DNA from: Candidatus Calditenuaceae archaeon
Lineage (GTDB): Archaea > Thermoproteota > Nitrososphaeria_A > Caldarchaeales > Calditenuaceae
Length of the DNA stretch: 32,000 bases
Assembly: GCA_025059595.1 (NCBI GenBank)
Contig: JANXDI010000017.1
Span: forward strand, 122,709 to 154,708
Direction: 5' to 3'
The position numbers were made by a program, and so were the translations under genes. Positions 19,884 through 27,623 of the stretch are shown piece by piece (position 1 is the stretch's first letter; each line of letters begins with the position of its first letter). Under the pieces are notes generated by a model, which made no database searches, was not told the origin of the DNA, and saw only the letters and a list, made by a program, of their open reading frames with translations.

Positions 19884-20505
19884 CTAGTAAAGCGCACCGA
19901 AACAGACGCGGTGGCGAGACTCAATCCCGCGAACCTTCGTGCAGGTCGCACTAATCCATCTGTCAACATCTCCTCCCATAACCACGTCAATATGCATCTT
20001 AAAACACTTAGCCGCCTCATATTTTCTTGTCCATACTCCTTGTGACATCAATCAATATCCTCGGCCTAAAATCCAACGACAACTCTGGATGTTCGAATGC
20101 ATACACTCTAGGTGTCCAATGAGCTTTGTATTTCTCAGCCCACTTTCCGGATACTAAAAGTGCTAAAAAGCAGGCGTCAACCGTGGCCAAAGCAGTTTCT
20201 TTAAAATCAGGGTTAGTCGAATTTTGCCAATGTGTGATTATGATGTCTGGCTTTAGCTCTCTTTTGGTGTCGTTTACTTTGATTCTAACTTCTTCTCTAT
20301 TAGTGACTTAGGCATCCTTAAACCCTAGGTTTCTGATCTCTTTTATCCCCAAGGTCTCTGCGGCTCTCTGCACCTCGCGCATGTTGATTTTAGCCAGGCC
20401 GCGTCTTGGTTGAATTCTAATTTTGGGGGCGTTATTGAATGTCAATATTTCGAATCGGATAGCTAATTTTTGTGTAACAGCTCCATAGGTATGGTTTTTT
20501 GGAGT
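19884..20505 (-). pseudogene. PIG-L/LmbE-family deacetylase relic (N-terminally truncated, in-frame stop, frameshift, metal ligands lost)
   Basis: The minus-strand translation reads ..YGAVTQKLAIRFEILTFNN....NMREVQRAAETLGIKEIRNLGFKDA, then TAA (20308-20310). It continues VTNREEVRIKVNDTKRELKPDIIITHWQNSTNPDFKETALATVDACFLA...HWTPRVYAFEHPE...RILIDVTRSMDKKI, then TGA (20017-20019). A shifted frame then reads YEAAKCFKMH.... This matches the PIG-L pattern R.E...A...LG....LGF.D / kPd.i.t....D.HPDH / vy.ye. The N-terminal HPDD box is missing and HPDH is replaced by NPDF. Confidence 0.5.
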
Positions 20506-20581
20506 TGGGGCCGGTGGGATTTGAACCCACGTCCTCCTGGGCCCGAGCCAGGCATCTTAGACCATGCTCGACCACGGCCCC
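20506..20581 (-). tRNA. tRNA-Pro (anticodon CGG)
   Basis: The minus strand folds as GGGGCCG-TG-GTCG-AGCATGGTCTA-AGAT-G-CCTGG-CTCGGGC-CCAGG-AGGAC-GTGGG-TTCAAAT-CCCAC-CGGCCCC-A, 76 nt. There is a 13:22 mismatch and a 10:25 G-U in the D stem. Confidence 0.88.
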
Positions 20582-20634
20582 TAAATTCAAGTAGGCTTGG
20601 ACAGGTGAATAAATATGTGGTGTGGGATTTTTAC

Positions 20635-21879
20635 TTATTGCTTTGCGAGGACTTGGAGGCCGGGCATCGGCTCTCCGGATAGGAAGGATATGAGTGCTCC
20701 TCCGCCGAGGCTTACGTAAGTGAAGTCGCTCGGCCTGAGCCCCAGAATCTCTATCGCTGTGACTGAGTCGCCTCCGCCTATGAGCGTCGCAGCCCTCGTC
20801 TTGGCGAGAGCCATGTAGACAGACTGTGTCCCTTTCCTGAACTCGGGCTTCTCGTAAACACCCATCGGCCCCTTCACAATCACCGATGTGTCTCTCTCGA
20901 GGCCCTCGATTACCTCCCTATAACGCTGTATCGTTCTCGAGCCTATGTCCTGAATCTCTCCCGGGGAGGGCAGCCCCTCGACTGTGACCTCCATCCTCGA
21001 ACCATCCTTGCCCGCGTAGGCGAAGTCCAGCGGCACTATTACGCGGTCGCCTATCCTCTTATCAATCTCTGATACTTTTCCGAGAAAGTCTACGTGCTTC
21101 TTCTTGGTGAGGAAGTCTTCACTAGGCGCGCCGAGGCTGTATCCGCGGGACTTTATGAAAAGCTGCCCTAGGACGCCGCCAGTTAGGACGCTATGCACCG
21201 ACTTTGGCCTTTCCTTAATGAAGCGCTCCAAGACGTTCACACATTCCTTAGGCTTGTTGCCGCCTAGGGCGAAGACTATTTTGTCCGTCATGGCGATCAT
21301 TTTGTTTATGGCTGAGAGCTCCCTCTCCATCACCCTGCCCGCGTAGGTTGGAAGGAGTGCGGCGAGGCCTACGATTGATGAGTGGCCCCTATGGGCTACT
21401 GAGAAGGCGTCTAAGACGAAGGCGTCGAGTAGTGGGGCTAGCGTGCGGGGTAGCGTGCTCTTTGCATGCTCATCGGGGCTCTTGTCGACGTCTTCGTCCT
21501 CGAGCTTCCTCACGTTATCCAGCAATATGGCCTCACCCTTCGGGAGGTTCTTTATTGCGTTTACAGCCTCCGCGCCGACAACATCTGGGACAAACCTGAC
21601 GCGCTCCCCAACTAGGCTGGAAAGTATCTCGGCGTGCTGGCTCAGGTCTGTGAAGTCGGGGTCGCCCCGCCTCCCTTGGTGCGCGAGAACAACAACCTTT
21701 CCGCCTCGCTCAATCAGCTCCTTAACTGTCACAGAGTGGGCCCTGAATCGCTCGTTAAGCTGTACCTTGCCTGTCTGGGGGTCGATGGAGGAGTTTAGGT
21801 CTACTCGGACGGCTATTCGTCTGCCAGCAACGTCGAGCTGGTCGATTGACTTGAATCTAATTTCACCTTGCCCTGCCAC
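20635..21879 (-). CDS. pgk: Phosphoglycerate kinase, archaeal type
   Basis: The 414-aa ORF has RVDLNSSIDP, VVVLAHQGRRGDPDF, GGGDS and SLGGGA. It overlaps gap by 17 nt. Confidence 0.92.
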   Translation of the reverse strand: MAGQGEIRFKSIDQLDVAGRRIAVRVDLNSSIDPQTGKVQLNERFRAHSVTVKELIERGGKVVVLAHQGRRGDPDFTDLSQHAEILSSLVGERVRFVPDVVGAEAVNAIKNLPKGEAILLDNVRKLEDEDVDKSPDEHAKSTLPRTLAPLLDAFVLDAFSVAHRGHSSIVGLAALLPTYAGRVMERELSAINKMIAMTDKIVFALGGNKPKECVNVLERFIKERPKSVHSVLTGGVLGQLFIKSRGYSLGAPSEDFLTKKKHVDFLGKVSEIDKRIGDRVIVPLDFAYAGKDGSRMEVTVEGLPSPGEIQDIGSRTIQRYREVIEGLERDTSVIVKGPMGVYEKPEFRKGTQSVYMALAKTRAATLIGGGDSVTAIEILGLRPSDFTYVSLGGGALISFLSGEPMPGLQVLAKQ

Positions 21880-22900
21880 GCCCCGACACCATCAGGACGA
21901 GGTCAATCAGCCTGTTGCTGTATCCCCACTCGTTGTCATACCATCCGAAGACCTTGACAAACTCATTCTTATCGCCGAGAACTAGCGTCTGAGTCGCGTC
22001 GAAGATGCATGAGTGCGGATTACCTATAATGTCGACTGAGACAATCGGGTCTTCTGTAAACTCCATGATTCCCTTCAACCTGCCCATCGCCTCCTCCCTG
22101 AATGCGGCGTTCACCTCATCGACGGTAACAGGCCTTTCAAGAAGGGCCGACAGGTCTGTGACCGAGCCGTTGGGGACCGGCACCCTCATGGCTATTCCGT
22201 GAAGCTTTCCCTTCACTTCGGGTATGACTTGGTGGAGCGCGGAGGCTGCGCCGGTCGTCGTCGGGATAATTGAGACTGCGGCGGCCCTCGCCCTCCTCAA
22301 ATCCCTGTGGAACAGGTCGAGCACGCGTTGGTCGTTCGTGTATGCGTGTATTGTGGTCATGTATCCCTTCACCAGCCCGAAGTTGTCTAGCAGAACCTTA
22401 ACCATCGGGGCGAGGCAGTTGGTCGTGCATGAGGCCCCCGAGATGACCGTGTGCTTCGACGGGTCGAGGGCGTTGTCATTCACGCCGGGCACTATGGTGA
22501 CGTCTGCGTCGCTCGAGGGTGCGGAGATAACGACCTTCTTGACTCCACGTTCTAAATGAGCTGCCGCATCCTTCCTCTTCGTGAAGACGCCCGTGGACTC
22601 GACCACGACATCCACTCCTACTTTGTCCCATGGAATCTCGGCAGGCTTGGAGACGTTGAAGAACGCGAATTCCTTGTTTCCAATTCTTATCCCTCCAGTA
22701 TCTGTGGTCTTCACCTCCTCAGCAAGCCTTCCATGAACCGAGTCATACTTGATTAGATGGGCGGTTGTCTTTGCATCGGCTATGTCATTAAAGGCAACGA
22801 TCTCGAAGGCCTTTCCATAAAGTGGGTCCTTGAGGGCGGCCCGGAGAAATAGTCTTCCGATCCGCCCCATACCGTTTACTCCGACTTTGATGGTCGCCAC
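21863..22900 (-). CDS. gap: Glyceraldehyde-3-phosphate dehydrogenase, class I (bacterial/eukaryal type)
   Basis: Motifs are KVGVNGMGRIGR, the active-site ASCTTNCLAP and WYDNEWGYSNRLIDL. These are class I signatures, not the archaeal class II SCNTT type. Confidence 0.92.
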   Translation of the reverse strand: MATIKVGVNGMGRIGRLFLRAALKDPLYGKAFEIVAFNDIADAKTTAHLIKYDSVHGRLAEEVKTTDTGGIRIGNKEFAFFNVSKPAEIPWDKVGVDVVVESTGVFTKRKDAAAHLERGVKKVVISAPSSDADVTIVPGVNDNALDPSKHTVISGASCTTNCLAPMVKVLLDNFGLVKGYMTTIHAYTNDQRVLDLFHRDLRRARAAAVSIIPTTTGAASALHQVIPEVKGKLHGIAMRVPVPNGSVTDLSALLERPVTVDEVNAAFREEAMGRLKGIMEFTEDPIVSVDIIGNPHSCIFDATQTLVLGDKNEFVKVFGWYDNEWGYSNRLIDLVLMVSGRGRAR

Positions 22901-23008
22901 GATTATTCAAATGTAAGCCGTGATATAAGTATGTGGTCTCGAGGTTGAATGTCTTTGCATGGCTTTTCATCATAGCTTAGGATTCTGTCGCATGAGTTGC
23001 TAGGCATA

Positions 23009-23016
23009 TTTAAATA
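23009..23016 (+). promoter_or_regulatory. TATA box (TTTAAATA) upstream of cimA
   Basis: A consensus-like archaeal TATA lies about 35-40 nt upstream of the first conserved cimA codons. The SD-like GGGGTG at 23041-23046 follows it. Confidence 0.4.
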
Positions 23017-23050
23017 GAGGTGAGTAGAGCGAGGCTTAAGGGGTGTCTTA

Positions 23051-24631
23051 ATCGATTACGTTGAGCTCCTCGACACAACGCTCCGCGACGGCGCACAGAC
23101 TAGAGGCGTCTCTTTCAGCCTGAGGGATAAGCTGAGGATAGTTGAGAAGCTCGACGAGCTGGGTATCGACATTATAGAGGCGGGCTGGCCCGGCGCAAAC
23201 CCCAAGGACTCTGAGTTCTACAAGGCGGCCAAAAACCTGTCGCTCTCCAACAGCGTGCTCGCCGTTTTCGGAAGCACCAAGCACAGGAGCTCTAGGGTTG
23301 ACCAAGACCCTGTTCTTCAAGCTCTTGTCGAGGCTGATGTCCCGGTCGCAGTTGTCTTCGGCAAGAGCTGGCTCCTGCATGTGAGGGAGGTCTTGAAGGC
23401 CACTCCGGATGAAAACTTGACGATGATTTCTGAGACGATAGAGTATCTAAGGGGTCATGGCATGAGGGTTATCTTCGACGCCGAGCACTTTTTCGATGGA
23501 TGGAAGGACTCGCCGGACTACGCGCTCTCAGTCTTAAGGGCTGCGAGGAGCTCCGGGGCTGAAACTCTGGTCCTATGCGATACGAATGGCGGCACTCTAC
23601 CATCTGAGCTCTTCGAAATCGTCAAGAATGTGAAGTCGGCTGTTAATGGCCCGATAGGGATACACGCTCATAACGACTCGGGCTGTGCAACCGCCAATAG
23701 CCTTTTAGCCGTGGAGGCGGGGGTGCGGCATGTTCAAGGCACGTTCATAGGGTTGGGCGAGAGGTGTGGCAACGCGGATTTAGTTCAGCTCATTCCATCC
23801 TTGACGCTCAAGATGGGGTTCAAGACTCTTAAGGACGGAGACCCCGAGAGGCTGAAGAGGCTTACAGAGATAGCTAGGTTCATCTCAAGCGTGACGGGCT
23901 TCCACATGCTCCCAAACCACCCCTACGTCGGCAGAAACGCCTTCGCCCACAAGGGTGGAGTCCATATAGACGCCATGATGAAGCATCCACGCACATATGA
24001 GCACATCGACCCCACACTCGTTGGAAACGAGCGTATCCTCTCTGTCTCAGAATATGCTGGCAGGTCTGCGCTTATGGACCTTGCGAGGCGTCTGGGCCTG
24101 AGCCTCTCGAAGGAAGAGCTGACCGCTGTGACCGCTGAAGTGAAGAGGCTCGAGGCTTCTGGATACCATCTCGAGCCCGCGGAAGCTACTGTTACACTCC
24201 TACTCCTCAAGCACATGGGCCTCTATAGGGAGCTGTTCGACGTCAAGAACTGGTGGGTCGAGTCGGTCAACATCGGTAGGAAGATCTCGCGGGCCATCTT
24301 GACCATCGCTGTGGATGGTGATATAGTTACGGCGACTGGTGAGGGTGTGGGGCCGGTGCATGCTCTGGACGAGGCCATCAGGAGCGGCATCTCAGTTAGG
24401 TTTCCGGCCCTCAGGGATGTAAGTTTGACGGACTACAAGGTCTATGTCGTGGACAGCAAGGAGGGCACCGCGGCCTACGTCAGGGTCTTCACGGAGTTCA
24501 CTTGGAGGGGGAGAAGCTGGGTCACAACACACGTCTCCAATAACATCGTCGAGGCCAGCTTAGCGGCGATAATCGACGGATACAGATACCTCTTGCTGGC
24601 CCTAGAGCCGGGACTACTAAACAACAGATAA
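23051..24631 (+). CDS. cimA: (R)-citramalate synthase / LeuA-family (TIGR00977-like); start codon unresolved
   Basis: The frame is open from 23024 and reads ..VELLDTTLRDGAQTRGVSFSLRDKLRIVEKLDELGIDIIEAGWPGANPKDSEFY..FGSTKH. It continues into the track ORF (23255..24631) with FDAEHFFDGWKDSPDYA and LVLCDTNGG. The 5' coordinate is a guess at ATC, because no ATG/GTG/TTG is in frame before 23255. Confidence 0.8.
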   Translation: MDYVELLDTTLRDGAQTRGVSFSLRDKLRIVEKLDELGIDIIEAGWPGANPKDSEFYKAAKNLSLSNSVLAVFGSTKHRSSRVDQDPVLQALVEADVPVAVVFGKSWLLHVREVLKATPDENLTMISETIEYLRGHGMRVIFDAEHFFDGWKDSPDYALSVLRAARSSGAETLVLCDTNGGTLPSELFEIVKNVKSAVNGPIGIHAHNDSGCATANSLLAVEAGVRHVQGTFIGLGERCGNADLVQLIPSLTLKMGFKTLKDGDPERLKRLTEIARFISSVTGFHMLPNHPYVGRNAFAHKGGVHIDAMMKHPRTYEHIDPTLVGNERILSVSEYAGRSALMDLARRLGLSLSKEELTAVTAEVKRLEASGYHLEPAEATVTLLLLKHMGLYRELFDVKNWWVESVNIGRKISRAILTIAVDGDIVTATGEGVGPVHALDEAIRSGISVRFPALRDVSLTDYKVYVVDSKEGTAAYVRVFTEFTWRGRSWVTTHVSNNIVEASLAAIIDGYRYLLLALEPGLLNNR

Positions 24632-24657
24632 AAAATTGTTTGGAGTATTGAGTTAGG

Positions 24658-25467
24658 TTAGCTTATCGGCTCGAACAGATAGGTGATGTAGACTGTCACC
24701 GTGTATGTTATTTCTCCGGTCATTACGGGCGGTCCTGAGACGCTTTCAGGCGCGGCGGTTGCTCTGGTCACGTATGGTACTGGTATTCCGCCATCTTCAG
24801 GGAATGATACCTCGACGTACTTTATTTCCTTGATTCTCATGTTCAGGTACTCGGCAATCCTTGAGGCCTTTGCAGCTGCGTCGGAGAATGCGGCCTGAAG
24901 TGCCGCGTCTCTCAGATTCTTCTTTGTCTCGTCCTTCACATCGAACCATGCTCCATATAGGTGCGTCGCTCCTGCCTGGATTGCGTCGTTGATTATTTTG
25001 GGGGACTCGAGTATTAGGCGGTCCTCAAGGGTCACGGTGACTTGGTTGACTGCTACATAGCCTTTCTGACGGCAGCCCTCCGCGTCGCAAACCCAGTCGG
25101 GATTTATGGCGAGGTAAGATGTCGTGATTTTCTTCTCATCCACGCCGCTCGCCAGCAGGGATGAGATTACTTTGCTCATGATTTCGTTGTTTCGGGTCGA
25201 GGCCTCGATGGGCGTCTCTCCACGCGTCTCTACCCCGAGTGTGAATGATAGTTTATCGGGCTTCAGCTTGATGATGCCGACACCCCTTACGGGTACTTGG
25301 ATTCCTGTCTCTTCTTCGACCGTCCCTGTCTCCTGCACCGGAGCCGTCCTCTCAGAGCCACCCAGAATATTCATCGCGTAGAGCGAGACCGCTAAAACGG
25401 ATGCAATCGCTAGAACAGCTACCACCATGGCGTATACGGGGAACCTCTCGACTCTTGTGCTGCTCAT
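24658..25467 (-). CDS. SIMPL/DUF541-family secreted or anchored protein
   Basis: The 269-aa ORF has an N-terminal TM helix. The pattern ...IKLKPDKLSFTLGVETRGETPIEASTRNNEIMSKVISSLLASGVDEKKITTS... and the C-terminal ..GEITYTVTVYITY are typical of DUF541. Confidence 0.7.
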   Translation of the reverse strand: MSSTRVERFPVYAMVVAVLAIASVLAVSLYAMNILGGSERTAPVQETGTVEEETGIQVPVRGVGIIKLKPDKLSFTLGVETRGETPIEASTRNNEIMSKVISSLLASGVDEKKITTSYLAINPDWVCDAEGCRQKGYVAVNQVTVTLEDRLILESPKIINDAIQAGATHLYGAWFDVKDETKKNLRDAALQAAFSDAAAKASRIAEYLNMRIKEIKYVEVSFPEDGGIPVPYVTRATAAPESVSGPPVMTGEITYTVTVYITYLFEPIS

Positions 25468-25555
25468 GTTGCTTCGGCTCCGCTACGGCTCAGACTATAT
25501 ATGTGCCTATGCCACATATCGGGAAAATGTTTAAGGGTAGCTATGAGTGGGGGCG

Positions 25556-25630
25556 GGCCGCGGGTGGGACTCGAACCCACGACCGCCGGGTCCACAGCCC
25601 GGAGTGCTACCCAGCTACACCACCGCGGCC
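25556..25630 (-). tRNA. tRNA-His (anticodon GTG) with genome-encoded G-1
   Basis: The minus strand folds as G-GCCGCGG-TG-GTGT-AGCTGGGTA-GCAC-T-CCGGG-CTGTGGA-CCCGG-CGGTC-GTGGG-TTCGAGT-CCCAC-CCGCGGC-C. The extra 5' G pairs with C73. Confidence 0.9.
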
Positions 25631-25676
25631 ATCTTAGCCGACAACTAATACTTCATGGCCGGGTATTTGAGGATAG

Positions 25677-26012
25677 TTAGGCATACTCTCTCCAAGTGTA
25701 GCCGCATTTCGTGCATCTGAAGAACTGCGTCATCGGCTCGTCTGCTGACCTTGTCTGGACGCTCCACCAGTAAGCCTCCTTATTTCCGCACTGGGGGCAC
25801 TGGACATCCCCTGTCTTCGGGAGGACCTCCTTCTCCATATCATCAACCATGACCGTCTTCTTCGTCTTCCTCTGCTTATGAGCCACTATGTCTCCTGCAG
25901 GTTTCTTGACATATCCACATTTCCTGCAGATTAGGACCACGCTGTTTGACTTCTTCTCAGCAATCAGGACCGACTCGCACCTAGGGCAGAACTCCATGGC
26001 CTCGTCACGCAC
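25677..26012 (-). CDS. tfs: Transcription factor S (TFS; RpoM/TFIIS-like)
   Basis: The ORF has an N-terminal zinc ribbon, FCPRCESVL...CRKCGY. The C-terminal ribbon is CPQCGNKEAYWWSVQTRSADEP..FFRCTKCGYTW, with the acidic SADEP loop. The likely start is the second Met (MEFCPRC). Confidence 0.88.
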   Translation of the reverse strand: MRDEAMEFCPRCESVLIAEKKSNSVVLICRKCGYVKKPAGDIVAHKQRKTKKTVMVDDMEKEVLPKTGDVQCPQCGNKEAYWWSVQTRSADEPMTQFFRCTKCGYTWREYA

Positions 26013-26085
26013 CTCCTCCCATGCCGGGTGAATAGCCCCGCAGGGTCATTTGATTAACTTTATCCACTACACTCCTCACCTTCCC

Positions 26086-26364
26086 TTAAGATAATAGCTG
26101 CTGTATCGACTTCCTCAGCCCCCCTGCCGCATTAGAGAGTTCGCGGAGCCCCCTCAACAAAATCTCCGAGGCGCTGTGTCCTTCTCGAGTCTTTAATATG
26201 AATCTCAGGGTCCCGAGGAGGGGGTGTGTGAGGTTGACTCCCGCATATTCGACTTCTTGGAATGAGTTCAACGTCTCTTGGAGCGCGTCGAGGACGCTGA
26301 AGTCTATGTCCCTGAGCTCCAGCTCTATGACCGTCTCGCCTCTCTCAATTACCTTGACTTCCAG
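26086..26364 (-). CDS. rpoL: RNA polymerase subunit L (Rpo11); apparent CTG start
   Basis: The reading is LEVKVIERGETVIELELRDIDFSVLDALQETLNSFQEVEYAGVNLTHPLLGTLRFILKTREGHSASEILLRGL..., with the Y...HPL core of Rpb11/RpoL. The track calls only the last 61 aa, from TTG at 26271. The frame is open to 26418 with no ATG/GTG/TTG. CTG at 26364 is preceded by GGAGGGTGGTGG with 6-nt spacing and gives about 92 aa. Confidence 0.72.
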   Translation of the reverse strand: MEVKVIERGETVIELELRDIDFSVLDALQETLNSFQEVEYAGVNLTHPLLGTLRFILKTREGHSASEILLRGLRELSNAAGGLRKSIQQLLS

Positions 26365-26960
26365 AGCAGACCACCACCCTCCGGAGAGAGCAGGCCTCCA
26401 AAAGTCTTGAGGAGCGTATTAACCTTCCCATAGTAAGGGACAAGCGGCCGGTGCGGGTACTTTCGCTTACATCTGTTGCAGAAGAGGCCTCTACCGCTCA
26501 GTGTTAGGGGGCCGCCGCAGGTGTCGCAGAAGGCTTGGAAGACTCCGAGTCCGCGTCCCTTAACGGTCAGGGTGTATATTCCGTAATATTCGTCTCTTAC
26601 TCTCGCGACCAAGATGTCTCCGACTGTGAAGGCCGGTGCCCTGCGTCCACTTAGTGCTGCGGCTGTCCAGTGGGTTTTGACGGTGTGGCCTGCCGCTGCG
26701 AGTATGTCGCAGATTATGAGCTTGTCCTGAACATCCTTGACTTGGCAGAGGACCAAGTCTCCCTGCTTTATCTTGACGGAGGGTTTGGCCGGCTTGACCT
26801 TGACCGTGTGATTCTTGATATCGTATTCCGCGATTCCCGACACGGTAGCCACTACCGAGCCGTCCCTCAGGGCCTTGGCTCCGCTATCCGGAATGAACTC
26901 CTCTACCACGCATAGCTTGTCGCCGGGAAGCACAACCCTGCCCGTTGCTTGGAACCTCAC
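26349..26960 (-). CDS. csl4: Exosome complex RNA-binding protein Csl4
   Basis: The ORF has VLPGDKLCVVEEFIPG-like N-terminal, S1-like middle (GDLVLCQVKDV...) and C-terminal zinc ribbon CDTCGGPL...CNRCKRKY. Csl4-rpoL adjacency is the conserved archaeal arrangement. Confidence 0.8.
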   Translation of the reverse strand: MRFQATGRVVLPGDKLCVVEEFIPDSGAKALRDGSVVATVSGIAEYDIKNHTVKVKPAKPSVKIKQGDLVLCQVKDVQDKLIICDILAAAGHTVKTHWTAAALSGRRAPAFTVGDILVARVRDEYYGIYTLTVKGRGLGVFQAFCDTCGGPLTLSGRGLFCNRCKRKYPHRPLVPYYGKVNTLLKTFGGLLSPEGGGLLWKSR

Positions 26961-26996
26961 TTCCGCCTTTAGAGTGGCACCGTGGATATAAATTAA

Positions 26997-27620
26997 GTGG
27001 TGGCTTCAATAGTGCGTGGAGGTATGGTCGGGGGAGGCGTGATAGTGGCTATCGAGGGGATTGACGGGGCTGGGAAAACCACTCAGGCTAGGAGGCTCGT
27101 CAGGTTCCTCAGGTCTAGGGGTGTCGAGTCGCGCTATACTGCTGAGCCGACTGGCTCTTGGCTCGGGAGGAGCATCAGAAGGTTTCTGAGACGGAAAAAT
27201 GTGGACCCGCATCTCCTCGCCCTCCTCTTCGCCGCTGACAGAGTCGACCATGTCAACAGGACGGTGAATCCCCTGCTTGAGCGGGGCGTGGTTGTTGTCT
27301 GCGACAGATACCTCTACTCCTCCTTCGCCTATCAGGGCGTCATGACCGGCAGGCCGCTCTGGGTTAGGGAGATTAACAGGATGGCGCCGCACCCCGACGT
27401 AGCTGTCCTGTTGGACATTACGGTTGAGGAGGCTTTGGCGAGGAAGAGGGCGAGGATAAGGTTCGAGGACCCTGCCTTCCTAAAGGATGTGAGAGCCGAG
27501 TATCTCAGACTTTGCGACGCTGGGCTGATGGTGAGGATTGACGCGAGCCGGGGAGTCCAAGAGGTTTTCAGGGAGCTGTTGTCAGTCGTAGCGCCTAAGC
27601 TAAACATCAGAGCTATGTGA
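26997..27620 (+). CDS. tmk: Thymidylate kinase
   Basis: Motifs are IAIEGIDGAGKTTQ (P-loop), CDRYLYSSFAYQG and a lid-like RKRARIRFED. The probable start is ATG at 27024. Confidence 0.88.
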   Translation: MVASIVRGGMVGGGVIVAIEGIDGAGKTTQARRLVRFLRSRGVESRYTAEPTGSWLGRSIRRFLRRKNVDPHLLALLFAADRVDHVNRTVNPLLERGVVVVCDRYLYSSFAYQGVMTGRPLWVREINRMAPHPDVAVLLDITVEEALARKRARIRFEDPAFLKDVRAEYLRLCDAGLMVRIDASRGVQEVFRELLSVVAPKLNIRAM

Positions 27621-27623
27621 AGC

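Larger units (their letters stand above)
17993..20505. mobile_element. Degraded integrated element between tRNA-Arg and tRNA-Pro (integrase wreck, vapBC, PIG-L-like relic)
   Basis: Both flanking tRNAs have their 3' ends pointing into the segment. An integrase gene starts at the tRNA-Arg boundary. The right third is visibly A+T-rich. Two of the four genes are disrupted. Confidence 0.5.

Noticed and set aside
19900-19945. A tRNA T-arm-like motif (plus strand GCGAGACTCAATCCCGC; minus strand GCGGGATTGAGTCTCGC) that could be a second att copy of tRNA-Arg marking the end of the integrase element.
   Set aside because: - Only AATCCCGC plus scattered positions match the tRNA-Arg 3' half, about half of the flanking 16 nt.
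- The loop is not a T-loop, and no cloverleaf can be built.
- The stretch falls inside the C-terminal block of the PIG-L-like relic, so a chance resemblance is more likely.
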